DNA of 64,000 nucleotides, taken from the NCBI GenBank assembly GCA_000165425.1, contig CT868063.1, forward strand, positions 558,001 to 622,000. The letters are read 5' to 3'. The notes below the pieces were generated by a model, which worked only from the letters and a program-made list of their open reading frames with translations, had not been told where the DNA came from and did not search any database. Positions within the stretch are counted from its first letter, which is position 1; the number at the start of each line of letters is the position of its first letter. The DNA is from Paramecium tetraurelia. Its lineage: Eukaryota. The position numbers and the translations under genes were made by a program. Positions 1 through 13,400 of this stretch are shown here, one piece after another.

Positions 1-1
1 A

Positions 2-130
2 TGTATTTTTATGCAAATTCAACATTTGTAGGATAAACAATTACAGGACATTATTGATAATGTGGAAAACACGATAATTAAGTGGGAGAAGATTTATCAT
101 ACATATAATGAACAAGAGAAATAGGATTGA
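2..130 (+). CDS. 3' end of a gene entering from the left edge of the window (product unknown)
   Basis: Ciliate-code frame CIFMQIQHLQDKQLQDIIDNVENTIIKWEKIYHTYNEQEKQD ending in TGA at 128-130. Confidence 0.55.
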
Positions 131-181
131 ACTGTAAATTACATATTTCGTTTTTGAGATATTTATTTTATTTTATAATAT

Positions 182-1194
182 ATGAGTGAAAGAAGAGAAG
201 AAGATACTACTCTAGTGTAAGCAGCTATCCCAGCTGCCTTGGAAGGAGCCAAAAAAGCTGAGGAAATGGAAAGAAAGATTAAAGAGTATTCATGATTTAA
301 GATATATTTTAGAGAAGGAGGATAAAAACTTGGAGATGCAGAGAAGCAAGCAGAGGAGTAAATTCACAAGGCATAAGAAATACTCGCCTTTGCTGGAAGT
401 TAAGCTTAAGTTGCCTAATAACAATCCTTAACTGTTGCTGCTGCATAGTATCTAGCAGGCAGCTTGTTATCAATGTTGATTCTTTAACTCGGTTTCTTTG
501 GATCAATTCTAACCTTCATCCCATTCCTAGAATAATTGACAATCATTTTATACATAGTATCAATTTTAATTGTTCAATTCTGTCCAGGATCTGTTGATAA
601 GGTAGTTATTCGATATATCCAATAGGTTCCTAAAAATTTCGGATTGTGCATCGTTCATTCAGCCAGTAAAATATTATTGATGGTTTACCTTACACTTCAT
701 TTTGAATCGATCAAATTTGAATTGATACAATTAGTATTTGGTATCGTCATTCTATTTTTATTATTTTAAATTAAGAAAGGAATAAGTAATCAATTAATCC
801 TATATTTTTAGGTGAAAATTAAGAAATTGCTTTAGTCGTTAAGAAATAATTCTTCACAGTTTTGATTATATCAGCAGTTATTTCTGGATTTTTAGGATTG
901 TTAACAAGATCAAACTTATTTATTACTGCTATTTTAATAGTTGTAGGAGCCGGATACACTTATTATTTATAATTGGCTTTGTAAAGATTTGGCGATCACA
1001 AATACTTGTTCATTAATAAAAATGACTTGTATTTGGGTGCTGCTTAATTAGACGCAGATCTATTCTTATGGTGCAAATTGGTTGGATACCATTGCATTAA
1101 GAGAAATGAAAATGGAGCTTATGTTCCAAATTTGGAATTTGATGAGGAGAACAAATAGAAGGAACCAGAAACTTAAGAATAAAACAAAATCTGA
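182..1194 (+). CDS. Multi-pass membrane protein, divergent Bax inhibitor-1/TMBIM-like
   Basis: ATG 182, short introns at about 286-312 and 602-625, several hydrophobic segments, 'DKVPKNFGLC' and C-terminal 'NDLYLGAAQLDADLFLW' resembling the BI-1 'DY..AA..LY.DI..LF' motif; TGA ends 1194. Confidence 0.6.
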
Positions 1195-1270
1195 GATATT
1201 CATAAGAAAATAAAATAAACACATAATTTTTACCTTTTTTATATTGATAAGATTTAAATAATTATTTTAT

Positions 1271-3544
1271 ATGTTTGATAAACTTTGCATAAGACATTCA
1301 GATTAAATTCTTACTCATTTTTGTTCAAATCAATTGTGTCCTCAATTCCTAACATTTTATTGTACACAGTGTGAGATCTAACAATGCAATAAAAATTATC
1401 ATCTGTAATAATTTGACAATTTGAGCCATTTCATCAATAAATTAATTTTGCCTAATTTCGGTATTAATCCTGGTATCTACTTTAGACACCAAATAAATTG
1501 ACTATTGCAAACAGCAAATGAACAAAATAATTGGAAATTTTAATACAATCTAAGAAAAGATAATAAGCGATTATGATAAGGCAATTGAGAAAATACTAGA
1601 ATAGTATAATATCATTTTAATTAAGCATTTAGAATAGAAGTAGTTCATTTAAGACTGAAATCATAAGCCAAATAGATTTCCAAAAATAATACATGATAGA
1701 CAAATTAGCAGAATTCTAAAATACAATCGATAAACATTATTATGCATACAAGTAATCGTACGATAAAACTAAATCAATTCTAAATGCATAAGAAAGCAGC
1801 GTTCACATTGAAGAACATTATAAATAAATTGATATGAACTCATTATAAGAATATTATAATGTCTTATTGAGAATGCAACCTGAATTGGAAATACTCTCAG
1901 CAGAAAATAGTTTGTAACTTACAAAGGAGCAATAGATAATTGAATCATTCAATCATAATATTTACAAAGAGTTTTAGGATAAAATCATAGAATATTCAGA
2001 AAATACATTAACTTTACTTTGGAGTAAATATTATTCTATGACATCCAATATCCATTTATATGATAATAAAAGTATTATCTTAATGCCATATATTATTAGC
2101 ATAAAGCATTGCCTAATCTGAGATGATTGAAAACATTAGAATAAGCAGATCCTCATCATCCAATTCCTATTCTGTTTTTAATGAAATCGATAATATCATA
2201 GCCATGGGTCAACAATTCAATAATAACAATACATCTATCAAATTAAAAAGCCAAACTTATGGTTATACCAAATTTAATCTCATGACTTAAGGACAATTTA
2301 GCATCAAACCTAATCATTTGGATAATCAACAACAATTGCCAATCATCACACCCCATTGTATTCTAGTAATTAAGAATCAAAACATCATTTTGACTGCTGG
2401 AGATAGCAATACAATCTATGTTTGGATCCATAAGAAAGAGTCTAATCTATGGAAGTTAGAATCACAATTAGTATTGTAGAATAAAGAACAGCAATATATT
2501 CAATGTATGGAATTACTCTACAATCCATTTATTAGTGAATCACGAAACAGCAAATAGAGTTTTGCAAATCTAAAAGTTATGTTAAATCCTATTATTGCCA
2601 TTTGTGGTTAAAATAATATCTACATCGTTTAATTAGATATTATGACTAATTAAATTACCATATAATGTCAATACACGATTAAAGACTAAAAGGAATAAGA
2701 AATACATACTGTATAACAGTGCTAAACTATGGGTAGCTACAATTACTTCATTGTTGGTATGGAAAAAGGAACCATGCTAATATTTAATTACATTATTAGT
2801 ATAGACAACACTTTTACTATAAAAATAGATCAAATGATCAAATAACATAAAGATTGCATTACAAGTATTGAGATAATAGGGGATCAATTGATTGCTGTAG
2901 CTAGTAATGATAGGTCTGTTACCATTTGGCAATTTTTTAATAATAAACTTAAGTTATTACCAATAAAACTCAACAGATTCTGGGAAGACATTCCCTGTAT
3001 ACGATAGGTTTATACCAATTCATTTATTACCTTTGATTCGAATTATAATATCACATAATGGTATCTTGAAAATCAAAATAAAATTGTTATAATAAACAGT
3101 CTCTAATCAAGCAAAATGAAACAAGAAGTCCAAGAGGCAATAATCATAAATAATCCAGATAATTCTTAAGATTTTTGTATTTTATTACTCATTAGAGAAT
3201 AATCGAACAACAAACTTATTATTTTAGATAGATATTTCTCAATTGTATCATAGGAATCTCTGCCTCCATAATTTCAAAGCTATTTGAGTATTCAAAGGAA
3301 AAAGCATAATCATTATATTACAAATTATAAGATGAGGATTATCAATGATTTCGTGCCAAATAAGGGTTTCAGTTCCTTTATTGATGTTAAACAGAATGAG
3401 AAATAGTCTAATTAATAGTAATAGCAATCCTTTTCTTAGCAATAATAATTGAATTAGAATAAGAAGGTTAATCTTGCTATTATCAACAATAATAAGACAA
3501 AGCAGCATTTTATTGAAATTTCTTACATAATAGGAACTGACTGA
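1271..3544 (+). CDS. Protein with N-terminal Cys/His zinc-finger-like segment, coiled coil and WD40-like repeats
   Basis: MFDKLCIRH..THFCSNQLC..FYCTQC; WD-type ends 'LTAGDSNTIYVW' and 'AVASNDRSVTIW'; at least one intron near 2072-2099; TGA ends 3544. Confidence 0.65.
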
Positions 3545-3651
3545 ATTGATGTTTTTTATGTGTATTTGTTTAATAATATAATGTAATTAAACACATTTTT
3601 TGAATGAAAAATTTTATAATATAATCTTTCTTCTTAAATATTTAATTAGTT

Positions 3652-4064
3652 ATGGGAAGACTAATTCTAGAATATTTAGATGGAAATAGGATCTACGTGT
3701 GTAAAAAATGTAGAATTCACTTAACAAATTTTTAAAATAGAATATCAAAAGTATTGTTTTTAGTTTAAAATTTCAGAATTTCAAAGGAGGCACAGGACAA
3801 GCCTATTTATTTGACTTAGGGTATTATTTATATTAAGTTAGAATAAATTATCATGTGGGATTGCCAGTTGACAAAGACCTTTTAACTGGTAAACACACAG
3901 TTCAAGACCTTATGTGTAATGGTTGCTGTGAAATAATTGGATGGAAATATGTAATCAAAAGTGTTGTTAATATGTAGATAAAAGCGTTTAGGGAGTCTGA
4001 GAAATATAAAGAAGGAAAAATAATAATTGAGAAATATTTTATTGAAAAAATCAAATGGAAATGA
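3652..4064 (+). CDS. Yippee (YPEL)/Mis18-type zinc-binding protein
   Basis: MGRLILEYLDGNRIYVCKKCRIHL..SK/NFKGGTGQAYLFD..LLTGKHTVQDLMCNGC..IGWKY/IKAFRESEKYKEGK; three tiny introns. Confidence 0.93.
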
Positions 4065-4091
4065 TTATAAAATTTAATTAATTAAACAATA

Positions 4092-4841
4092 ATGAGTGCA
4101 GAGTAATGGTTAGTCTTACGATTGGATTTATTGCCTAGCATAGCTTAAGAAGTAGAATAGATTTGTACCCATTATATTCGTAATTGCTATTATCAAATAA
4201 TTAGATTTGTGTGATGAAGTTAGAAAAGGAAATAAATAAGCGTATTAAGATTTAATCGTGTTATAAGCTAGAGTAAATACTACTACAATAGTTATAGATA
4301 AGAGGAAGAATGGATGATTTTGATAAGTTTTATGATAGAAACTATGCTGACTACAGAATTGGATATTTTGAGAAAATGAAATTGAGATTACGAAAATTAA
4401 TAAGTCCACACATTGATGTTAATAGATTAATTTACGAAGAAACCTAAAATTACAATCAGCAGTACATAAATACATCTAATTATAAGATCCTCTCCTATCA
4501 AGAATACAACACCTCCACCTGTTAAGGATAATTAATAGAATGTTTAAAAAGTAACAGAATTCGTTTAAGCACAACCTAAAAGGCCTCAATCACCTCCAAA
4601 TAAAATGATAAATTCCAGCAATTATAATAGCACAAACAAACAAAAATAGGCTACTCCTATCGCTTAAAATAATAAAAAGGCTAGCAAGTAACCTTAGCAA
4701 GTGAAAACTTCGTAAGCAAAGGCTAAGACATAATAGGATGAATTAGTGTTTACAATTAAGATGAGCAAGGAAGTATTATTGAATTATTAATAAAAATAGG
4801 AATATTTGTAATATATACAAGCTAAATAAAAATAGAGATGA
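4092..4841 (+). CDS. Hypothetical protein
   Basis: Open frame under ciliate code after removing about three 25-nt GTA..AG introns; low-complexity Pro/Gln C-terminal half; TGA ends 4841. Confidence 0.55.
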
Positions 4842-4885
4842 CTGTTTGAATTATTTATATATAATTAAAAATTACGTTAAAAATA

Positions 4886-6395
4886 ATGTTTCAGAAGATG
4901 CTCAATTAATAATTGAAGAAATAAGTACAGAAATGTGTATAAAATGATAGTCTGATGAATAAAATAGAAGAGTAGTTACGGAAGTCGAAGAAATGGATAA
5001 GGAGATCAAAACACTATAAGACATTTCAAACCTTAAAGCTCGTTTAAAAATGAATCAAATGGCCAAATAGACTTTTAAGAAAAATAAGGATGAACCTACA
5101 ACATCTATTTATGTAGGAAAGCTTGATAATCCGCTGAAATCATTCCAATAATAGACAATTAAAAAATAATCTCGAAAACCTCTTTCAATTGAAAAGAATA
5201 GCACTAAGTCCGTGTTAATGCCAGCATCAACTGAGAGATTTGATTATAGCAATTTTACTTATACAAATCTAAAAGTTGTAGGCAGTGGATCTTTCGGAGT
5301 AGTTTACAAAGTAAAATTATTAAATATTTGCAGGCTAAAGTGAATGAGACTGGAGAAATAGTTGCTATCAAAAAGGTGTTGCAAGATAGGAGATATAAAA
5401 ATAGAGAACTATAAATACTACAAGAATTAGATCATTAAAATGTGTTGAAGATGAAACATGCCTTCTACACACCAGCAGAGAGCAAAGATGAAAGTTATTT
5501 AAATGTAGTAATGGAGTACTTCTAAGACACTCTATATTCCTACAATAAATCATTTATTAAGGATTTTAAGAAGATGCCTGATCTTTTAGTTAAGATTTTT
5601 AGTTATCAATTATTGAGATCTATCGCGTATTTACTATTAATAAAAATTAGTTACATTTCTATCTTAGGAATATGTCATAGAGATATCAAACCTCACAATG
5701 TTTTAGTTAATCCAGAAACCAATAAGTTGTAGTTATGCGATTTTGGAAGTGCCAAGAGACTAATTGCAGGGGAACCAAATATTGCTTATATATGTTCAAG
5801 ATGCTACAGAGCCCCTGAACTCATATTTGGAGCAACTGATTATAACACATAAATAGATGTTTGGTCTGTAGGCTGTGTCATAGCTGAATTAATCAATGGG
5901 GAACCACTATTCTTAGGAGATTCGGCTGTTGATTAAATGGTTGAAATTGTAAAAGTGCTTGGAACTCCTTCTAGGGATTAAATTTTAAGCATGAATAAAA
6001 ACTACGATATGTAATAATATCAATTTGCTACTATAAAATAAAGAGATTGGAGAAGAGTACAAATATAGTATATATATTGATTAGGTATTGAAAACTAAAG
6101 ATCCCAAGGCCATAGATTTAGTTTCAAAACTTTTGACTTATTGTCCAAAAACTCGATTGACTCCTCTCCAATCTCTGACTCATCCTTATTTTGATGAGTT
6201 GAGAGAATAAAGTTCATTTAAATCAATTTAAAGCACAATAAAACTAAGTGCTTCCGATCTCTTTGAATTTTCAAATGGTATTATTATTATTTAATAAATT
6301 CAGAAGAAATGTCTAAAATGACTTAGTAATAAATGATTACATTAATACCAGATTGGTATGCTAACACTTCGAAACCTTTAAAAACAATTTGCTGA
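4886..6395 (+). CDS. GSK3: GSK3/shaggy-family Ser/Thr kinase
   Basis: [66 protein letters not shown]; about five tiny introns; long N-terminal extension. Confidence 0.95.
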
Positions 6396-6486
6396 TTAAT
6401 TATGATTATTTTTACAAAATGAATATATCAATAGAATTTTGTGTGTAATTTATGTATAAAATTCTAATTAAGATCTAATGTTAAAT

Positions 6487-6894
6487 TCAATATATATCAT
6501 TAAGTTTAGGTAATCCATTGATTTTGGGTAACTTCTGGGTGCACTTCTATATATGATCATCAGCTATCTTAATATCAAAATCTCTCAAGCATCCTTTACA
6601 AAATCTTTTAGTGGAGATGACTTGCAAATATTTTGATGTGATCTGGGGTGTTTTAATTTAAGCGTTTTCAGTTTTCATTTTAATTGATTTAGGGGATGAA
6701 AATTAAGGTAAATTCTTCTTGTTTCCGATAAAGTAGTCATATCCTACTCGTTTTAATTAGGAATTAAAGACACAACGTTTTTGTTAGAAGACATCCTTAC
6801 ATATCTTGTAATGGATTATCAAGCTGTCCTTATTAAACTTACGTCCACAACCTGCTGGACAGTTAATCAATTCTTCATTAAATCCCGCAGACAT
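6487..6894 (-). CDS. C2HC-type zinc finger protein (zf-C2HC_2-like, two fingers)
   Basis: 135 aa intronless: LINCPAGCGRKFNKDSLIIHYKICKDVFQQKR..FNS and a second finger CKGCLRDF....ADDHIQKC. Confidence 0.8.
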
Positions 6895-6932
6895 TTAATT
6901 TATCAATAATCAGTATATTATTTATCAATAAA

Positions 6933-9371
6933 TCAATGTTGATAATTGTATTACTAAATGGGAGGAGTTCTAGGTACTTTTGGTCTAGATACGAATGCCT
7001 AGGTTTATAGTTACATGTGCTTTTGATTATCATTAAACTGTGCTAGACTATCAACAATAAATGGACCTTCTAAATTGAATGATAAGAAATAATCTTTACA
7101 TCTCACTGGCATTTTTTCAATTTGAGAATCCCTCATTTGCTCTTAATAGATGGTTCTCTATTACAATTCCCTTTACATACTGGACTCCATCAAAAGTCTT
7201 TGTTATTCTGCTTATTCATTCTCTAAAGCAAATTCGTTCATTAATAATTCCTCTCCAACAACCATATCATTATTGTCTAACTCATCTTCATCATCATCAT
7301 CAACTAGACATTCTTCCTCATCTTCCAAATCATCTAAATCATTATCATCTTCCATTTATGATTGATCATTATCATCTTCATTGCTTTCTAATTTCTCAAT
7401 CATGTATTATATTTATTTCTTGAACTTTTCTTCGATGACAGGTAATAACTTTGTTAATTTTTGAGGGATATTTAATTAATTTGCGTAATCTCTAAGTTCT
7501 ATGTTGCTGAACATTGAATAAAGTGTCCCATTTATAAAGATTCGAATTTAATCATTGGGATATTCTATTAATTCAAAAAGGACTTCAAATGCTAATTTTT
7601 TATTCATGGATAATGCATCGCGACCCCTTGAGCTTAATGATAAATTCATAATCAATGCTGTTATATATTCATAAGTGTATTCACTCAGTATAAACTTTTC
7701 CTATTGGATATATAGTTATGTATAATACTCTTTATAATATGGTTAATGCCACATAGATGATATTGTTATCAAGCATCCAAATCTAGCTTTATTTATGTAA
7801 TGATAATTTCTGTAAAGTTCCAATTGCATTCTTTCTTTTAATTGAATCAGTCTAATCTTTTTTTACAAATTCAATTAATAGTTTTATTAGAAAAGAATTT
7901 GAAGTCAAATAAATTCTACCATAGTAATCTGAAGCCAAAGCGTTCATTAATTTTAACGTTTAACATTAAATTATAGGAGCCACCTTAAACATTAAATGTT
8001 AGGCTAAAATAATATTTCTCTAATGTGTTCCTATCAAATCATGAGTTTAGTATGCAACTACCACTGCTCTTCTTTCCAAAGCACTTCTAGCTCTCGTGAT
8101 TCTCCATCTCAATGCTTATAATACAGTGGCAATCAATACTGAATTTTGCGACTTTGTGAACAACAAAATAAGTTTTTCATAGTTTAAAGGAAGATACTCT
8201 TCTATAGACTGCTAAACTGGATTCATTTCTATAAATAGTGTTATAACCACAGTATACATTGCTAATTTGTAATTTCAGATAAATCATGATCCGGTTAATT
8301 ATTGTTATTAAACGGAGAAATGTCTTCTAATCTATCCACTTATTCCTCAAAATTCTAACCTAGGAATTTATCAAAAATTGCAATATTTTATTTGAATTGT
8401 TATATCTATTCTGGTATCTTGCTGTTGTTCTCTATGTATTTCATCATTTCTTTCTGTGTTTTCAACAATTCTCCTGACAACTAAAACCATTTTTGTTAGA
8501 CTTCAATCAAATTTTACTATGCTAGATGATTCAACTCTTGCAAAGCTTAAATCTGTTGGTTGTTCTTCTTTTTGAGTTCCATATTTTCTTATTGCAATTA
8601 CTTTATTTCTATAATTCTATTTTGATCATCTTTTTGTTGATAATTTACAGATCCTTCTTTAGACAGAACCAATCTTTTTAAAATACAACCATATTGATCA
8701 GATCCATAGATGGATTGGATGAATTCCTTTAATTTAATTCTTAGATTAGATATCCATTCATGAGTAAATAGATGCTAGAAGGATTAATGAGTTTCTGGGT
8801 TTTTCACATAAGGTAATGCATAGAAGGGAAGAACTTCGTTTGTTTTCGATAAGTCTGCTCCTTTGTTGTCTAGATAATTTTTGAGTTGATTGATTGAGTA
8901 TTTATTTATTTGGCCTTTCTTTTTGAAAACTGGATGAATAGGATAGATAAAGAAATAGATCTATATATAGAATTCTAATTTCCATGAATCGTGTTCTTGT
9001 CGCTGCGAAATCGGAATGTAGCGACTCCATGATTCAAGAAACTTATCTCTTTCTCCTTTATCAAAATGCCCCAAAATAATATGCTCGGTTTCATTACTTT
9101 GTTCAGTTGCAAATTATGATTCAATTTTGAATTGTTCCAAAGTCTTAATGCAATTAGATCTTAATAAATAATCCTAAACTATATTGTTAAGTTGTTCTAC
9201 TAGATTTCCACTTGGGTCGACCGATTTATCAACCTAAATTATATAATTTAATACTGATTAAATTGCAGATTATATTCTTTTTTAAGGAATATCATTCTTA
9301 CGATTCAATCCAGAATTGCCTTTATTTCTTACATCCTTTGAGGACTAGGTTTTCCGATTATTATTATTCAT
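6933..9371 (-). CDS. ARMC9: LisH domain-containing armadillo protein ARMC9 homologue (ciliary/basal body)
   Basis: LisH '[24 protein letters not shown]', 'KLEFYIQIYFFIYP', '[27 protein letters not shown]' match the ARMC9 N-terminus; acidic stretch and C-terminal '[11 protein letters not shown]'. Confidence 0.88.
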
Positions 9372-9495
9372 AATAACAGATATTATTAATAAATTTATTT
9401 TATTTTCTCGTTGAAACTAAACAATTATATTGTTCTTGCAATTATAATTAATAGAATAAAATCATTTAATAATCTAGCATTCATAAATAACAATC

Positions 9496-9756
9496 ATGTA
9501 ATAATAATAGTAGCATTAAGAATTAATCTAAGAAGCCTTACCAATAGATAGCATCAATATTAATAAAGAGACGCAATAATATTACAACTACAGTATTAAT
9601 CATGATTAAATAATATCAATTAATTATTGAGAACAATCTAATTTTAGAATAAATTAAAAAAAGACTGAATTCTTTAAACTGAAAATTAGAAAAGGCTACT
9701 TCTTATTGAGAAAAGGAGATTATTTTATAAAATTTCCAACATGTAGGATTATTTGA
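9496..9756 (+). CDS. Short hypothetical protein (86 aa)
   Basis: Uninterrupted ATG..TGA frame MQQQQQHQELIQEALP..; no recognisable motif. Confidence 0.3.
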
Positions 9757-9836
9757 ATAAATTACTTCATCCAATTTAGCTTTTGCATTTTAGTCATGAA
9801 TTTTTAATATAAACTTTTTGTCCATAGAAATGTAAA

Positions 9837-10394
9837 TCATTTCTCTTCACTCTTCAAACCTTCCAATACATCACTTCGACAATTAGGACATTTCGTACTA
9901 TGATCAAGCCAAGAAAATAAGCAAGATTAATGGAAAATATGTTTACAGGGTAGTTGTATTATCGTTTCATCTAAGATATTAATAGATTCTTACCCTTAGA
10001 GAAATTATTACAACAAATACTGCACTACCTGTTGGATTTTCCCATCTTCATCTTCCTCAGTTTTTATTACAATTTCTTAGGTACACCTTTACCCTTCTAA
10101 AATACCTTATCAATGTTGGTCTACCACAATTGCTGTTCCAACAACTAATAATCATAATTTGAAAGTTTTTACTAGTATCTCTTATCTATATTGATTAGCA
10201 ACTATATTAATATTGCATTAATACCTTATTCCCATCTCCTAAATTAATTATCATCAACTTCAAATTCTTATCTTTCTTATTAATCTAATATTAATCACAA
10301 TGCTTACCCTATCCTTCCTAAACTATTTATATCATTATCTATGTGTTTGTTCTTTTTTTTAGACTTTATTAATGCTGTTATATTAATTAATCAT
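9837..10394 (-). CDS. RING-H2 finger protein (putative E3 ligase)
   Basis: C-terminal CSICCNNF..IIQLPCKHIFHQSCLFSWLDHSTKCPNCR split by a tiny intron; 5' exon structure uncertain. Confidence 0.8.
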
Positions 10395-10965
10395 ATTATT
10401 TCAATGTAAAATTTTATTATAAATGTATTATTTCAATTTCAAGAAGTTTTAATTGGAGTATTTTTGATTATTGAGATTAGTTGAACGTAATTAGTTATAG
10501 GCTTCGAAATATCAATCCTTTCTGTTAATAGAAAATAATAACACATATCTTTTTCTATTATAAATTATTTGATATTTATAATTTGCATCAATTAAATAGA
10601 TTATAATGTAAAACTTATATAATAATTACTTAATGAAAAGATTTACTTTTGAACTTAAGAGAAATTTTATTAATCATTAACAAACAAAATATTCATTTTC
10701 AAAATAAGAAACTAAGTGTTATTAATATAAATAATATTTGATCAATTGGTAATTCATAGATATAAGAGAATTATTGAACTATACAATAATATAATATTTT
10801 GATGATAAATTGTATATCTTTAAATGTGATATAATTTATATTTTATGATCTAACCAAGTTTACAACTAGAACAATCAGAACCCCTTTTTAAAATAATCAA
10901 GAAAAATAATATTGATATCCTTATAATATTATAATATTATAATATTCATGAATATGTATAATTAT

Positions 10966-11707
10966 TTCAAATGAATATAATAGTTTTAGATTATTGAAAT
11001 CTTAGTTTTAAGATTATAGCATAAGGGTCAGTCTTATCGAAAACTAATAGAACACTCCTTTGCTCATAAATTGGAATAGGTTTAGGAATGAATACAAGTA
11101 AATTTCTGACTTTCATCAGATTTCAGAATATGAAAGTACCTTTTTAGCGGAATTATTTGAATTTTATAGTTCCCAACTACCTATTAAGAAATTTTTGATT
11201 TCATTGCATTGATATTCTAGTAATATTGCAAGAAAAGTAAATTATATTGATAAGTGTAGACTACTTTAAATTATATAATATTTTTTAGATTTGTATTTAC
11301 AGCCTTTTGTGCACTAGTGGCTACATGCAATTTTTTTGGTAAATCTTGTATAAGGCATTGAAAATAGAATAAGATCAATTTCAATTCCTGATTTATTTTT
11401 GATATTTCTCTATTTTTTGCTCCATAAACATAAATGGATTCTGCTTTAATCAATTAAGTAAGACTTCACACGATTGGTTTGAGAAATAAAGTAGTGGATT
11501 GATGAATATTTGATTAGATCTACTCTAATTAATACTAATTTATTACCATTGGTTTAGAGAATGATAGCCACAGCCTCTGAAAGATGAAAATTATAATAAT
11601 AATACCAATATATATATCACACTCACTTGAGGTTGTTATAATGATTAAAGGTTTTAAGAAGCATCTTAGTCATTTTGTGTATTATTTTGAGAATTATTAA
11701 ATTTCAT
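10966..11707 (-). CDS. Possible hypothetical gene or decayed gene; exon structure unresolved
   Basis: ATG at 11707 divergent from eIF4A, candidate GTA..CAG intron, coding-like composition; I could not build one unambiguous frame and the 3' end is approximate. Confidence 0.3.
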
Positions 11708-11796
11708 TCGATTATAGTGTCTAATTTAAATCTTTTTTTAAATAAAAAGGACATTATCGAAAGTATGAAAATAAAAATATTTTTATTAGAATATTT

Positions 11797-13122
11797 ATGG
11801 ATCAAGCTACTTAAGATATACAAGAAAATTGGAATGAGGTAAATAAATATTGTAAATTAAAAAGCAAGTCGAAACATTCGAAGAATTAACATTAAGCAAA
11901 GATTTATTGAGAGGCATCTTCTCTTACGGTTTCGAAAGACCCTCAGCCATCTAATAAAAGGCCATTAAACCAATCATCCTTGGTAAAGACGTATTGGCAC
12001 AAGCATAATCAGGTAAGCACTCTAATTTTACAATATTTTATAGGAACTGGAAAGACAGGTACATTCACAATTGGTGCTTTACAAAGAATTGACCCAAATT
12101 AGAGAAAGACCCAAGTCATCATTTTGGCACCAGTCAGAGAATTGGCAAAGCAAATTTATGATGTTGTCAAAGGAATTGGATAATATTTAAATATTGAAGC
12201 CTTTTGTTGCATTGGAGGAACCTCAACACAAGAAACAAGAGAGAAATGCAAATAAGGTGTGCACATCATCATTGCCACTCCAGGAAGATTGATTGACATG
12301 ATGAAAAACAAATATTTGGATGCCACATTCATGAGATTATTAGTTGTTGATGAAGCTGATTAGATGTTGGATCAAGGATTCAGTGATAATTTCGCTGAAA
12401 TCCTTAAAATGGTACCAGGAGATATCTAAATTGGTATACTTTCATCATATATTCTATATAGCATTGTTTAGTGCAACATTCCCATAAGAAATTATTGAAT
12501 TGAGTAAATAATTCTTAAGAGAAGGAACAGCAAAGATTTTAGTCAAGAAAGAATAATTGACCTTGGAAGGTATTAGATAGTTCTACATTGCCATTTAATA
12601 AGAAGACCAAAAGTTCAGAGTTTTGGTTGAATTATACAAGAATCTTACAGTTTCATAATCAATCTTATTTTGCAATTCCAAAAAGACTGTCGATGATCTC
12701 CATGATAAATTGACAGCAGAAGGATTTACAGTCAGTAAAATCCACAGTCAAATGGAATAAAAGGAAAGAGAATAAGTAATTTTATCATCTCTACTCTTTA
12801 GGTTATGTAAGAATTCAAAAAGGGAGCTGCAAGAATCCTAGTATCTACAGATCTTATGGGAAGAGGTATTGATGTTCAATAATTATCTTTGGTTATCAAT
12901 TATGAATTCCCAAGACTCAAGGAATAATATATTCACAGGTATCATTCATTTAATCTATTTTTTAGAGTTGGAAGAGCTGGTAGATATGGTAGAAAGGGAG
13001 TTGCCATCAATATGGTTGCTTAACAAGAAGCTAATCTCTTATTAGAAGTTGAAAAGTATTACAACACTAAAATTGATGAAATGCCCAAGGATTTGGCTGA
13101 AGTAGAAAAGGAATTAAGTTGA
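11797..13122 (+). CDS. eIF4A: Translation initiation factor eIF4A (DEAD-box helicase)
   Basis: Q motif '[21 protein letters not shown]', [43 protein letters not shown]; five tiny introns. Confidence 0.96.
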
Positions 13123-13400
13123 AAAATCAGTATATGTTAAAAAGAGTATATATATTACAATAAATCGTCATTAATATATTCTTATATCGAAAAATAGGAC
13201 TAAAATTAAAAGTTTAACTTCTCAAGATGAAGCTACTTTCTTGATTATACAAAAGGTAAAGATTGTAAATGAATTTCATATATAAAGAGCGTCATTTTAT
13301 TATCTTTAATTACTTTTTTGATTAATAAAATAACGAAATATACTATTGAATTACGATTACAATTATAAATATAAATCAATAAATTTATTTACAGTAGATA

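Noticed and set aside
7079..7423. Plus-strand ORFs with poly-His or poly-Ser runs in the supplied track
   Set aside because: Antisense shadow of the Asp/Glu-rich GAT/GAA tract of ARMC9 on the minus strand
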